Source of the DNA: Candidatus Levyibacteriota bacterium
GTDB taxonomy: Bacteria > Patescibacteriota > Microgenomatia > Levybacterales > UBA12049
NCBI GenBank assembly: GCA_003152105.1
Contig: PLZJ01000002.1
Coordinates: forward strand, 6,188-70,187
Reading direction: 5' to 3'
DNA length: 64,000 bases
In this document: one piece after another, positions 37,550 to 45,760 of the stretch
Layout of the letters: the number at the start of each line of letters is the position of its first letter
Position numbering within the stretch: the first letter of the stretch is position 1
Position numbers and translations under genes: made by a program
Notes under the pieces: model-generated
Seen by the model: only the letters and a program-made list of their open reading frames with translations
Told to the model about the DNA's origin: nothing
Databases searched by the model: none

Positions 37550-38869
37550 TTATCCTTTTCCGAGAGTTTCTAAAAATGCTTCATTAGTATCTGTTTTAGA
37601 GAGCCTATCAATTAACATTTCTGTGCGCTCATCTGAAGACAACATGTCTAACATTCTTCTCATGGTAACTACTTTTTTGTATGTTGGCTCATCAAATAAT
37701 CTCTCTTCTCCTCGGGTTCCAGAACGTTGTGCATTAATGGAAGGGAAAATTCTTCGTTCTGCAAGAGATCGATCTAAATGAAGTTCCATATTTCCAGTCC
37801 CTTTAAATTCTTCATAAATTAAATCATCCATTCTGCTTCCCGTCTCTACTAAAGCTGTTCCAATAATAGTTAAACTTCCACCTTCCTGGCAATTTCTAGC
37901 TGCTCCAAAGAAACGCTTAGCAGGCCATAAAGCCGCAGGATCAAAACCTCCTGACAATGTTCTACCACTTGGTGCAACAGATAGATTATATGCTCTTGCT
38001 AGTCGCGTTACTGAATCAAGTAGAATAACAACGTCTATTCCTTGCTCTACAAGTCGCTTTGCTCTTTCAAGTGTAATCTCTGCAACTCGAGTCTGATTCT
38101 CAGGTGGTTCGTCAAAATTTGAAGCTACAACATCTCCTTTTACGGACATTGAGATATCAGTTACTTCCTCTGGACGCTCACCAATTAAAGCTGCCATCAG
38201 ATGAACTTTTGGAAAGTTCTGCGCGATTCCTGCAGCTATTTCTTTTAGAATTGTTGTCTTACCTGCTTTTGGAGGTGACACAATTAACCCTCTTTGACCA
38301 AACCCAATTGGCGAGACAAGATCTATCATTCGAGTTGATAATGGCACTTTTCCTGTACCTAAAATAATTTGTTTTGTTGGATAAATAGCTGTTAAATCAT
38401 CAAAGTGCGGTCTTCGTAGAGCTTCTTCAGCTGTTGCGCCATTAATTTTTTCAACCTTTAATAGGCCAAAATAACGCTCTGTGTCTTTTGGAGGTCTGGC
38501 TACGCCTTCAACTAAATCTCCAGCTCGAAGCATAAATCTTCGTATTTGGGTTTGAGCTATATAAACATCTCTAGAAGAAGGGATGAATTTTGGTCGCAAA
38601 AAACCATGACCTTCAGGCTGAATATCAAGAATTCCTGAAACTTCTTCTGTTGGAACATTCATATCTCGCTCCATAGGTCTATGACCTCTATTGTTATATG
38701 GTTGGTGATAACTTTGTTGGATTATTGGTTCTCTTATTGGTTCACGAGGACTCGAGTCATCAAATATTGGTTTTGATTTTTCTACCACAACACTTGCCTG
38801 CTCTGATTGATCCTGAGGGCTTCCGACAATATCTTGAATAGATTGAGTACGTAATTTTTTTGTAGGCAT
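37550..38869 (-). CDS. rho: Transcription termination factor Rho (with N-terminal low-complexity extension)
   Basis: Walker A 'PPKAGKTTILKEIA'. 'ALVETGSRMDDLIYEEFKGTGNMELHLDRSLAERRIFP' is near-identical to the canonical Rho C-terminal region. Confidence 0.9.
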   Translation of the reverse strand: MPTKKLRTQSIQDIVGSPQDQSEQASVVVEKSKPIFDDSSPREPIREPIIQQSYHQPYNNRGHRPMERDMNVPTEEVSGILDIQPEGHGFLRPKFIPSSRDVYIAQTQIRRFMLRAGDLVEGVARPPKDTERYFGLLKVEKINGATAEEALRRPHFDDLTAIYPTKQIILGTGKVPLSTRMIDLVSPIGFGQRGLIVSPPKAGKTTILKEIAAGIAQNFPKVHLMAALIGERPEEVTDISMSVKGDVVASNFDEPPENQTRVAEITLERAKRLVEQGIDVVILLDSVTRLARAYNLSVAPSGRTLSGGFDPAALWPAKRFFGAARNCQEGGSLTIIGTALVETGSRMDDLIYEEFKGTGNMELHLDRSLAERRIFPSINAQRSGTRGEERLFDEPTYKKVVTMRRMLDMLSSDERTEMLIDRLSKTDTNEAFLETLGKG

Positions 38870-39137
38870 ACAGTAAGTGAAATAAGCGATTAGTTGCGTA
38901 ACATGTCTTTTAGGGAATTAGTTCGAAGCAAATAAACTAGCTGTATTACACCATACTATCTAATGCTTGTCAAGAAGTAATTTAGCAATTCTTTTTATTC
39001 CTTTAAAGTGCATTATTATTGAATCTAAAAATATTACTTACATAATACGATATTTCAGAGTAATTATTTTATAATTAGCCTTAGATGAAGAGCTTGAAAT
39101 TCTTAAAATACGGTGTTACAATACCTAATTACAACAA

Positions 39138-39177
39138 CTGCCTGTTGCTAAATCGGTTAGCAATGTGGCAGTTTTTT
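39138..39177 (+). terminator. Leader hairpin plus U-run of the same CTGCC...GGCAG type, upstream of the 39210 gene
   Basis: CTGCC-tg-TTGCTA-aatcggt-TAGCAA-tgt-GGCAG followed by TTTTTT. It lies in a divergent intergenic region with no upstream + strand gene to terminate. Confidence 0.4.
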
Positions 39178-39209
39178 ACAATAAATAACTGTATTTTTAT
39201 ATATATTTT

Positions 39210-39548
39210 ATGAAATATTTAGTAATAATTCTTTTTATAATTCTTAGTATCTTCTATGTGAACAAAGCAAATGCTTCATGTAAAGTAGTATATGGAGGAG
39301 GCCAAAATTCATGCACTAGTTCATCTTCATCGACAAATGGAATAGTGACACAGCAATCTCTAGGATCAAGTTCAGTTATTACTTATGGTCCTAAAACACA
39401 ACAAACAAAAGGTGGATTACCAATATATCCAACACAAAATACTACTCATACTCCTTCAACAGGTACAGAAACCCTCCCATTATTATTTGTATCCTTTCTT
39501 GGTTTGATTGGTATCGCAATAAGAAGAAAAACAACAAAATCTTTTTAA
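39210..39548 (+). CDS. Small secreted Ser/Thr-rich protein with a C-terminal tripartite sorting-like signal (TGTETLPLL + hydrophobic + RRK)
   Basis: Signal peptide. C-terminus '...STGTETLPLLFVSFLGLIGIAIRRKTTKSF'. Confidence 0.5.
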   Translation: MKYLVIILFIILSIFYVNKANASCKVVYGGGQNSCTSSSSSTNGIVTQQSLGSSSVITYGPKTQQTKGGLPIYPTQNTTHTPSTGTETLPLLFVSFLGLIGIAIRRKTTKSF

Positions 39549-39569
39549 ATCTGCTCCAATGATATTTTT

Positions 39570-40325
39570 ATGAGTACTCAAGCATTAGTATCTATTTTAC
39601 TTCCTGTAAGAAATAATGAACATCACTTAGTAGCCTGCTTAGAAAGCCTTCTTTCGCAGACGTACACAAATATAGAAATAATTGCCATAGATGATTACTC
39701 AAGAGATAATTCCTATGCAATACTAACATCATATAGAAAAAAGGATAAACGTATCAAAATATATCGTAATGTAAAACAATATGGCTTACGACTTACATTA
39801 AATAGATGCGTTAAGCGATCTCGAGGAGAATTTATCGCCTTTATGAATCCTGATGACTACTCGTCAAAAAGTAGAATCGCAAGACAAGTCCAATTCTTAT
39901 TACAAAATCAAAAAATCGCAGCAGTGGGAACTCAATGCTATATAGTCAATAGTTACGATAAAAAACTCGAGGCCTCCCGATTCCCCTCTGAACACGAAAC
40001 TATCTACAATAGCCTACTTCATACTGACTCAATGCAACCAGAATCTATAATGATTAATAAATACAATGTACCCAAAGATCTTCTCCAATTTACAAGTGAT
40101 GCATACCCTTATATATATCGAAGATTTCTACTTAATCTCGTTAAATATGGTGAGGTGGCAAATATAGGCACGAGACTCTATTTCCATAGAGACAGCAATA
40201 TTGTTAAACTTTCTATGAGAAAATATCTCCCAATATTTATGAAGCTTTTGGTTAAATCACATACGCTGTATGATTATAGACCTACATTTTCAGCATTATT
40301 CATGCCTCTAGTTAAAGGGATTTAG
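39570..40325 (+). CDS. GT2-family glycosyltransferase
   Basis: 'ILLPVRNNEHHL...IEIIAIDDYSRDNS' GT-A N-terminal signature with DxD-type 'NPDD'. Confidence 0.7.
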   Translation: MSTQALVSILLPVRNNEHHLVACLESLLSQTYTNIEIIAIDDYSRDNSYAILTSYRKKDKRIKIYRNVKQYGLRLTLNRCVKRSRGEFIAFMNPDDYSSKSRIARQVQFLLQNQKIAAVGTQCYIVNSYDKKLEASRFPSEHETIYNSLLHTDSMQPESIMINKYNVPKDLLQFTSDAYPYIYRRFLLNLVKYGEVANIGTRLYFHRDSNIVKLSMRKYLPIFMKLLVKSHTLYDYRPTFSALFMPLVKGI

Positions 40326-40440
40326 GATTAACCAGACTACAAATATATTATAGTAATATTGTCCTATAATTTTTAGTACATATAATATATTTCTTCATTT
40401 TAGAGGTATAATAATCGCTCGATTCGGAAAAACTGACTAC

Positions 40441-40469
40441 TTGACAAGTCCTATAACATTAACTATAAT
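40441..40469 (+). promoter_or_regulatory. Consensus sigma70-type promoter (TTGACA-17-TATAAT), first of two in tandem
   Basis: TTGACA 40441-40446, 17-nt spacer, TATAAT 40464-40469. Exact match to both hexamers. Confidence 0.6.
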
Positions 40470-40496
40470 GCTCTAATATTACTTTAGGCAGGTAAA

Positions 40497-40525
40497 TTGA
40501 CAACAAGCAAAGGATAATTTATAAT
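40497..40525 (+). promoter_or_regulatory. Second consensus sigma70-type promoter (TTGACA-17-TATAAT)
   Basis: TTGACA 40497-40502, 17-nt spacer, TATAAT 40520-40525. 35 nt upstream of the ATG at 40560. Confidence 0.6.
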
Positions 40526-40534
40526 CCTTCCAAA

Positions 40535-40559
40535 CTGCCTACAAAAAGGCAGTTTTTTT
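40535..40559 (+). terminator. Leader hairpin plus U-run (intrinsic-terminator-like/attenuator) abutting the 40560 start codon
   Basis: CTGCCT-acaaaa-AGGCAG followed by TTTTTTT, then ATG. Confidence 0.45.
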
Positions 40560-41279
40560 ATGAAAAAATTAATCAGCATATTACCAATCATACTAGTACT
40601 TCTCAGCTCGTTTGCGGGTCAAACTTTTGCCGATGATTATGGAGTATCTAACTATGGTAGTAATTGTAATAGTTCCTATGGTGGCAGCAATTATTCTGGT
40701 TCCTCATGTTCTGTTAGTACCATTAGCATAAACAAGCTTGTACAAAATCCAAAATCAAAACAATATGTGGAAAATCTCGCATTAACTGATCCTAATTATG
40801 CTCCAAATCAAATAGTGCCTTTTCAAATTAATATAACAAACACTGGCAATACTTCTCTTACAAATGTAAAAGTAGTAGATAGTTTCCCACAATACACAAC
40901 CTTTGCCGGTGGACAAGGCAGCTATAATCAAAGTCAAAATACTGATACCATTACCGTTGGTAGCCTAAATCCTAATCAAAGTGAATCTATTATGGTAGAT
41001 GGAAAAGTCGGAGATACTAACACTTTACCACAAAATCAGTCACAATTTTGTTTAGTTAATGAAGCAAGCGTAACGGCGGATAATATACCATCAAGCACAG
41101 CTAATTCTCAATTCTGTGTGACTCAGCAAATTTCCGGAGTTACAACTAAAGGAGGGCTTGAAGTAGCCTCACCAACAACTATATCAAAAACTCCTGGGAC
41201 TGGACCTGAAGCATTACCTTTACTTGCTCTTTTACCAACTGGATTATTAGGTGCTTTGCTTCGAAGAAAAACTAAATAA
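40560..41279 (+). CDS. Secreted DUF11/CARDB-like repeat-domain protein with the same C-terminal sorting-like signal (TGPEALPLL + hydrophobic + RRK)
   Basis: Signal peptide. 'FQINITNTGNTSLTNVKVVDSFP' is typical of the DUF11 conserved-repeat domain. C-terminus '...TPGTGPEALPLLALLPTGLLGALLRRKTK'. Confidence 0.55.
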   Translation: MKKLISILPIILVLLSSFAGQTFADDYGVSNYGSNCNSSYGGSNYSGSSCSVSTISINKLVQNPKSKQYVENLALTDPNYAPNQIVPFQINITNTGNTSLTNVKVVDSFPQYTTFAGGQGSYNQSQNTDTITVGSLNPNQSESIMVDGKVGDTNTLPQNQSQFCLVNEASVTADNIPSSTANSQFCVTQQISGVTTKGGLEVASPTTISKTPGTGPEALPLLALLPTGLLGALLRRKTK

Positions 41280-41601
41280 CACTGCTCCACTTTCCTCAGG
41301 CAGGCATTCTTACAATATTCTTACTATAGGTATCTATACTACATCTATTATATGTTAAAATTAGCTGTTAAATTAGCCTTGATTCAGTTTAAGCTTAGCT
41401 CTAGAATAAACTTGACAAAATGTTAAAATATGATATACTACAGGATAGTTCTGCTCAACTATACTTAAGGCGCAGAATAATGCGTCTTTTTTCGTATTTT
41501 GAGAAAGAACAATACTATGCCCCTGCTAATAGCTAGCAAACAGGCATACGCACATTAATAATTGGGAATCAGGAAATATAAGAATTCAGCACTTTCTAAG
41601 T

Positions 41602-41683
41602 GGCTGCGTTCTGTAGGTATAGATGCTTCAAGTAAATCCGGGCAGAATTTATTTGTGGCTATACTAGCCTACAGAACGCAGCC
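41602..41683. repeat. 16-bp perfect inverted repeat (GGCTGCGTTCTGTAGG ... CCTACAGAACGCAGCC) at the left edge of the GC-rich island
   Basis: Arms at 41602-41617 and 41668-41683, ~50-nt loop. The GC-rich ORF begins 170 nt downstream. Confidence 0.6.
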
Positions 41684-41856
41684 AAAAATAAAAACTTAGA
41701 GAGGAAGAATTAATGACGTGATAAACAAGCGCGACGGACCGATATCGATGACAGCTTTGGATGATCCCATCCGTTATTGACCATTGTGTCAAAGGGGTAG
41801 CTCTTGCACTATGCATTAGCTTAGCTTCAGAATAACCGAAAAGAAAGAGGAAATTC

Positions 41857-42891
41857 ATGCGTATACTACGCGGCGACAAGTATGTGTTGGCATTTGCGTT
41901 AAGCATCGTGCTTAGCCTTATCGTCAACTTCTACAGCGTTCTTCCTGTATCGGCTTCTCCGATCTCGAACGGCGCTGCCTCATCGGCCCTTACGAACAGC
42001 ATCTTTCCGGCTAACCACTTGCAGCTTTCTGAGCCAAGTATAGCCTATGAGATGCATACCGTGTCTAACTTCAAGCCACTTGTGGTTGGTCCATGCAGAA
42101 TGACCGATATGGGAAACATCAACACCCACGGCAAATGGATCACGCTCGTCGGCGCAGTCGGTGGATCAGGTTTCGGCCTTTGGTCTGGAACTAACGCTCA
42201 AAGAATCGAAATTTACCTGCACCTGAAATATGGTCAGACAGTTCGATTCCGGGGCCAAGGTCACCGATGGGACATGAAGTACGTCTGTCCAGACAAAAAT
42301 TTCTGGGGAGAGCAGGCATCTCACTATCTCAACGTCCGTACCGGACTGGGATTTACGATGGGTCCTGCAGTCGACAAGGAAACGCCTTGGTATCAGTTCT
42401 TCGACAATCCGTTTTGTCAGCCTATGAACATGCAGGTATCCGAAGTCGGAACCTTCATGCATCTGAGCATTCAAGACTCACAGTGGAATGGAAAGTTCTA
42501 CAGCATCGAAAAAGGATGTCCAGGACCGCCCAAGACACCATGTCTTGCAAAACGAATCGGAGACAGTACCAAAGTACCAGACAACAAGCCGTGGAAAATC
42601 AACGTCCCTGCACATCACTACTATGTGATTAACGATGCGTGGACTAACTTCGCGTCGTTACCAAATCTGCAAGGACAACAGTGGATCATCTTGCTCAAAC
42701 CGCAAGCACACACGATCTACTTCAACGGCCGAGGAAGTCTCTGGGACGAAGGCGATGCACCACGCTGCTTTAATCCAACTATGGGAGAAATCTGGCGTGA
42801 CGTAGCCAAGTACCAACATACCGCACATCCTTGGACGTTCCTCCAGGAATCGGCACTCGCCTCATATCACCTGGTTGGTTCGACCAACTAA
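41857..42891 (+). CDS. Secreted Cys/Trp-rich protein of unknown family, encoded in a GC-rich compositional island
   Basis: Signal peptide (LAFALSIVLSLIVNFYSVLPVSASP). At least 9 Cys. Codon usage rich in CGC, GGC and CCG, unlike the rest of the window. Confidence 0.6.
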   Translation: MRILRGDKYVLAFALSIVLSLIVNFYSVLPVSASPISNGAASSALTNSIFPANHLQLSEPSIAYEMHTVSNFKPLVVGPCRMTDMGNINTHGKWITLVGAVGGSGFGLWSGTNAQRIEIYLHLKYGQTVRFRGQGHRWDMKYVCPDKNFWGEQASHYLNVRTGLGFTMGPAVDKETPWYQFFDNPFCQPMNMQVSEVGTFMHLSIQDSQWNGKFYSIEKGCPGPPKTPCLAKRIGDSTKVPDNKPWKINVPAHHYYVINDAWTNFASLPNLQGQQWIILLKPQAHTIYFNGRGSLWDEGDAPRCFNPTMGEIWRDVAKYQHTAHPWTFLQESALASYHLVGSTN

Positions 42892-42943
42892 ATCACAAAG
42901 GTCGACTCGACCTAGATCTAGCTTCTGCTAGATATCCTGAATT

Positions 42944-42991
42944 CCCAAGGGGGGATAAAGAAAGTATAGGAAACTATACTACCCCCTTGGG
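42944..42991. repeat. Nested hairpin/palindrome (CCCAAGGGGGG...GTATAGgaaaCTATAC...CCCCCTTGGG) at the right edge of the GC-rich island
   Basis: Outer arms 42944-42954 and 42982-42991. Inner palindrome GTATAG/CTATAC. Preceded by palindromes GTCGACTCGAC and CTAGATCTAG (42901-42920). Confidence 0.5.
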
Positions 42992-43091
42992 CGGAAAAGC
43001 AATATATTAGTAACCTGCAATGCAGAAGATTCACGATTTGCTCGTGAAACCCTTTTCTTGCTATTACTGCTATTCCGCCCTTCCCACCTTA

Positions 43092-43112
43092 TGTACAAAA
43101 TTATTTTGTACA
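43092..43112. promoter_or_regulatory. Perfect 10+1+10 palindrome TGTACAAAAT-t-ATTTTGTACA (operator-like) 13 nt upstream of the GT2 gene start
   Basis: Read directly. The arms are exact reverse complements. Confidence 0.4.
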
Positions 43113-43124
43113 TAGAGTAGGAAT

Positions 43125-44054
43125 ATGAAAAAAAATATAAAACAAATATTACCACTGATCTCAGTTATTATGCCTGTATATAATGCGGGAGATTATTTAG
43201 TGCCTGCAGTTGAAAGTATTCTACATCAAACTTACCAAAACTTTGAATTTATTATCATAGACGACGCTTCTACTGATAATTCGCTCGACGTACTCAGAAG
43301 ATATAAAAAATTATACCCGGATAAGATAAAATTACTAGCTTTAAAGAAAAATCGGAATCATGGCGGTGATCGATGCGTAAACCAAGGATTAAAACTAGCA
43401 AAAGGTAAATATATTGCTCGAATGGATGCCGATGATATCGCCGTATTGACTCGACTTGAAAAACAAGTTACATTTTTAGAAACTCATCCTGATATATTTT
43501 TAGTTGGTTCATCTGCGCATGTCATAGATTCTAAAGGTAATACTATTGGTGAAAAACTTGAACCTAACTCAACAAAAGACATTTACAATGCGTATTTTAC
43601 ATTTCATCCATTAATTCATCCAACTTGCATGTTTAGAAGAATTCATAAAGGTATTGAGTTTAGGTACAATATTAAATTTAGTGCGAACAATGATTATTAC
43701 ACTTTTTTCGGGATTCTCTGTAAAGGGTACAAATTTATTAATCTTGATGAAAAACTACTTTATTATAGAATCCATGGAAAGAATGACACCTTTGTGAATA
43801 TGAAACAGAAGTTTAGTAATACTCTTAAAATCAGATATGAAATCGTTACAAAATATGGATATAAACCAAGCCCAAGAGCTCTACTTATCACCATATTTCA
43901 AAGCTTAGCAATTTATCTATTGCCTGAAAAGATGCTACGAAATCTTTATTTTCTTGCAAAAGGAATTACAAAAAAAGAACAAATTGTATTCCAACTTAAT
44001 CCTTATGGATTCATTTCCCTATTTGGAAGAAAAATACTCGCCTTTACTTCTTAA
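43125..44054 (+). CDS. GT2-family glycosyltransferase
   Basis: 'ISVIMPVYNAGDYL...FEFIIIDDASTDNS...ARMDADD' GT-A fold motifs. Confidence 0.75.
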   Translation: MKKNIKQILPLISVIMPVYNAGDYLVPAVESILHQTYQNFEFIIIDDASTDNSLDVLRRYKKLYPDKIKLLALKKNRNHGGDRCVNQGLKLAKGKYIARMDADDIAVLTRLEKQVTFLETHPDIFLVGSSAHVIDSKGNTIGEKLEPNSTKDIYNAYFTFHPLIHPTCMFRRIHKGIEFRYNIKFSANNDYYTFFGILCKGYKFINLDEKLLYYRIHGKNDTFVNMKQKFSNTLKIRYEIVTKYGYKPSPRALLITIFQSLAIYLLPEKMLRNLYFLAKGITKKEQIVFQLNPYGFISLFGRKILAFTS

Positions 44055-44059
44055 AACCT

Positions 44060-45757
44060 ATGAATCTATTTAGTAAAATTATTTCTCCTTATAATGTAAT
44101 TTTTAATGTCTTATTAGTGCTTATGGCGATAGGGCTTACCTTCCCAGCAATACTACATATTAACCAATTAGCTATGGGTGATGGTGGAGATAATTATCAA
44201 TATGTTGGATTTCAATATGTAGCTCATGTGCTTTTTTCTCACGGCTATTTTCCTTTTACATGGACTAATTTATGGAGATATCCTGCCGGTATTAATTTTC
44301 AATTAGCTTTTGACTCATCATTCTTTATTATGATAGGTGTATTTCTCTATCAATTTTCACAAAATCCAATATTAATTTATAACTTATCGATGTTAGTTGC
44401 GCTCTATTGTAATTTGGTATTGAGCTATATTAGCTTTCGCGTATGGTTTGATAAAACTACGGCTTTTATTGGAACCATAATATATGGTGCTTCTTTTTAC
44501 ACAATCGCACGACTTGCAGGTCATGCAAATTTAATGCTAAGCGCAACAATACCCTTCTTTTTTGCATCTATATGGCTCTTCTACAAAAGGAAGGATTTGA
44601 TAAGTATTGGATATATTGGAATTGCAATATTATTACTTCTTTCATCTTCCCTTGAATATCCACTTATATTAATCGGCGGTCTTATCTTTGGTTCACCAAT
44701 ACTATATTTATTTTATCCAAACGAGATGAACAAGCTACTTCAGCTTGGATTTAAAAAAATTATTCTCCTAATAATTATCGTTTGCTTAGCTGTTGGAATA
44801 TTTTCTATTGTACAAGGAGAAAAACTCCTTAGTATATTTAATAACTCAGTTCAACTTCCTTATCAAGGCCTACAATATGTTGAATCTATTAATTTTTTTA
44901 CTCCAAACAACTATGTATATAACTTAAGTGGAATAATTGCAAATCCTACAGGTAGAGGAATTGAAAAAGCAAGCGTATTCTTTGGGTATACTGAATTACT
45001 TTTATTCGTTATTGCGCTTTATTATCTAAGACGCAAACGCATAACGCTCGCGCTTGGAAGTATATTTATTATTTATTTCATCATTGCACAAGGAGTTCAA
45101 ACGCAATTAAGTTCTATATGGCCTTATCAATATCTATTTTTAGAACCACCTTTTCGGGACATAGTTGAACCGGGGAGATTCTTTCTAATTTTCTATTTTG
45201 TATCTACGATTCTGATTTTGCTTTTCATAAAGCATATAAAAAGTAAGAAAATAATTATTGTAATACTACTTTTATTAATAATTGAAAGAATACCAATTAA
45301 TTTCCCGATACGTGGCTACCCTACAGAAAATTTTATACCGATAGTACAAAAATCGGATTCAAATGCTGTGTTAGACTTACCTATTTTTACCGATTGGTGG
45401 AATGGACCACTTTATGATTATTACAGCATTTTATACCAAAAACCAATTGTAAATGGATATATTCATTGGTCTGGAAATACACCCAACGCAAAATATTTTA
45501 CGGATTCATTAAATTCTTTTTCATGCTATTCTGGAGCGTCAACACAAATTGACAAATCAGATGCAGAACTCATGAAAAATCAATTAATTACTCAGCTAAA
45601 ACAAAATAACATTAAAACTGTTGTTATTCATAAAGATATCTATCATTTTCCTGAATGTACAAAAGCTGCATATTATATACAAACATTAACCCAAGATAAT
45701 CAAGTCTGGAAGATTTTATTCCAAGATGACAAAACCATAGTATTGTGGTTACAATAA
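44060..45757 (+). CDS. Polytopic integral membrane protein (putative GT-C-like glycosyltransferase or glycan-assembly protein)
   Basis: More than 10 hydrophobic helices. Linked to GT2 genes. No motif I can name with certainty. Confidence 0.35.
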   Translation: MNLFSKIISPYNVIFNVLLVLMAIGLTFPAILHINQLAMGDGGDNYQYVGFQYVAHVLFSHGYFPFTWTNLWRYPAGINFQLAFDSSFFIMIGVFLYQFSQNPILIYNLSMLVALYCNLVLSYISFRVWFDKTTAFIGTIIYGASFYTIARLAGHANLMLSATIPFFFASIWLFYKRKDLISIGYIGIAILLLLSSSLEYPLILIGGLIFGSPILYLFYPNEMNKLLQLGFKKIILLIIIVCLAVGIFSIVQGEKLLSIFNNSVQLPYQGLQYVESINFFTPNNYVYNLSGIIANPTGRGIEKASVFFGYTELLLFVIALYYLRRKRITLALGSIFIIYFIIAQGVQTQLSSIWPYQYLFLEPPFRDIVEPGRFFLIFYFVSTILILLFIKHIKSKKIIIVILLLLIIERIPINFPIRGYPTENFIPIVQKSDSNAVLDLPIFTDWWNGPLYDYYSILYQKPIVNGYIHWSGNTPNAKYFTDSLNSFSCYSGASTQIDKSDAELMKNQLITQLKQNNIKTVVIHKDIYHFPECTKAAYYIQTLTQDNQVWKILFQDDKTIVLWLQ

Positions 45758-45760
45758 ACT

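Noticed and set aside
41664-41927. 87-aa minus-strand ORF at the edge of the GC island
   Set aside because: Overlaps the inverted repeat and the start of the better-supported + strand ORF. Likely non-coding.
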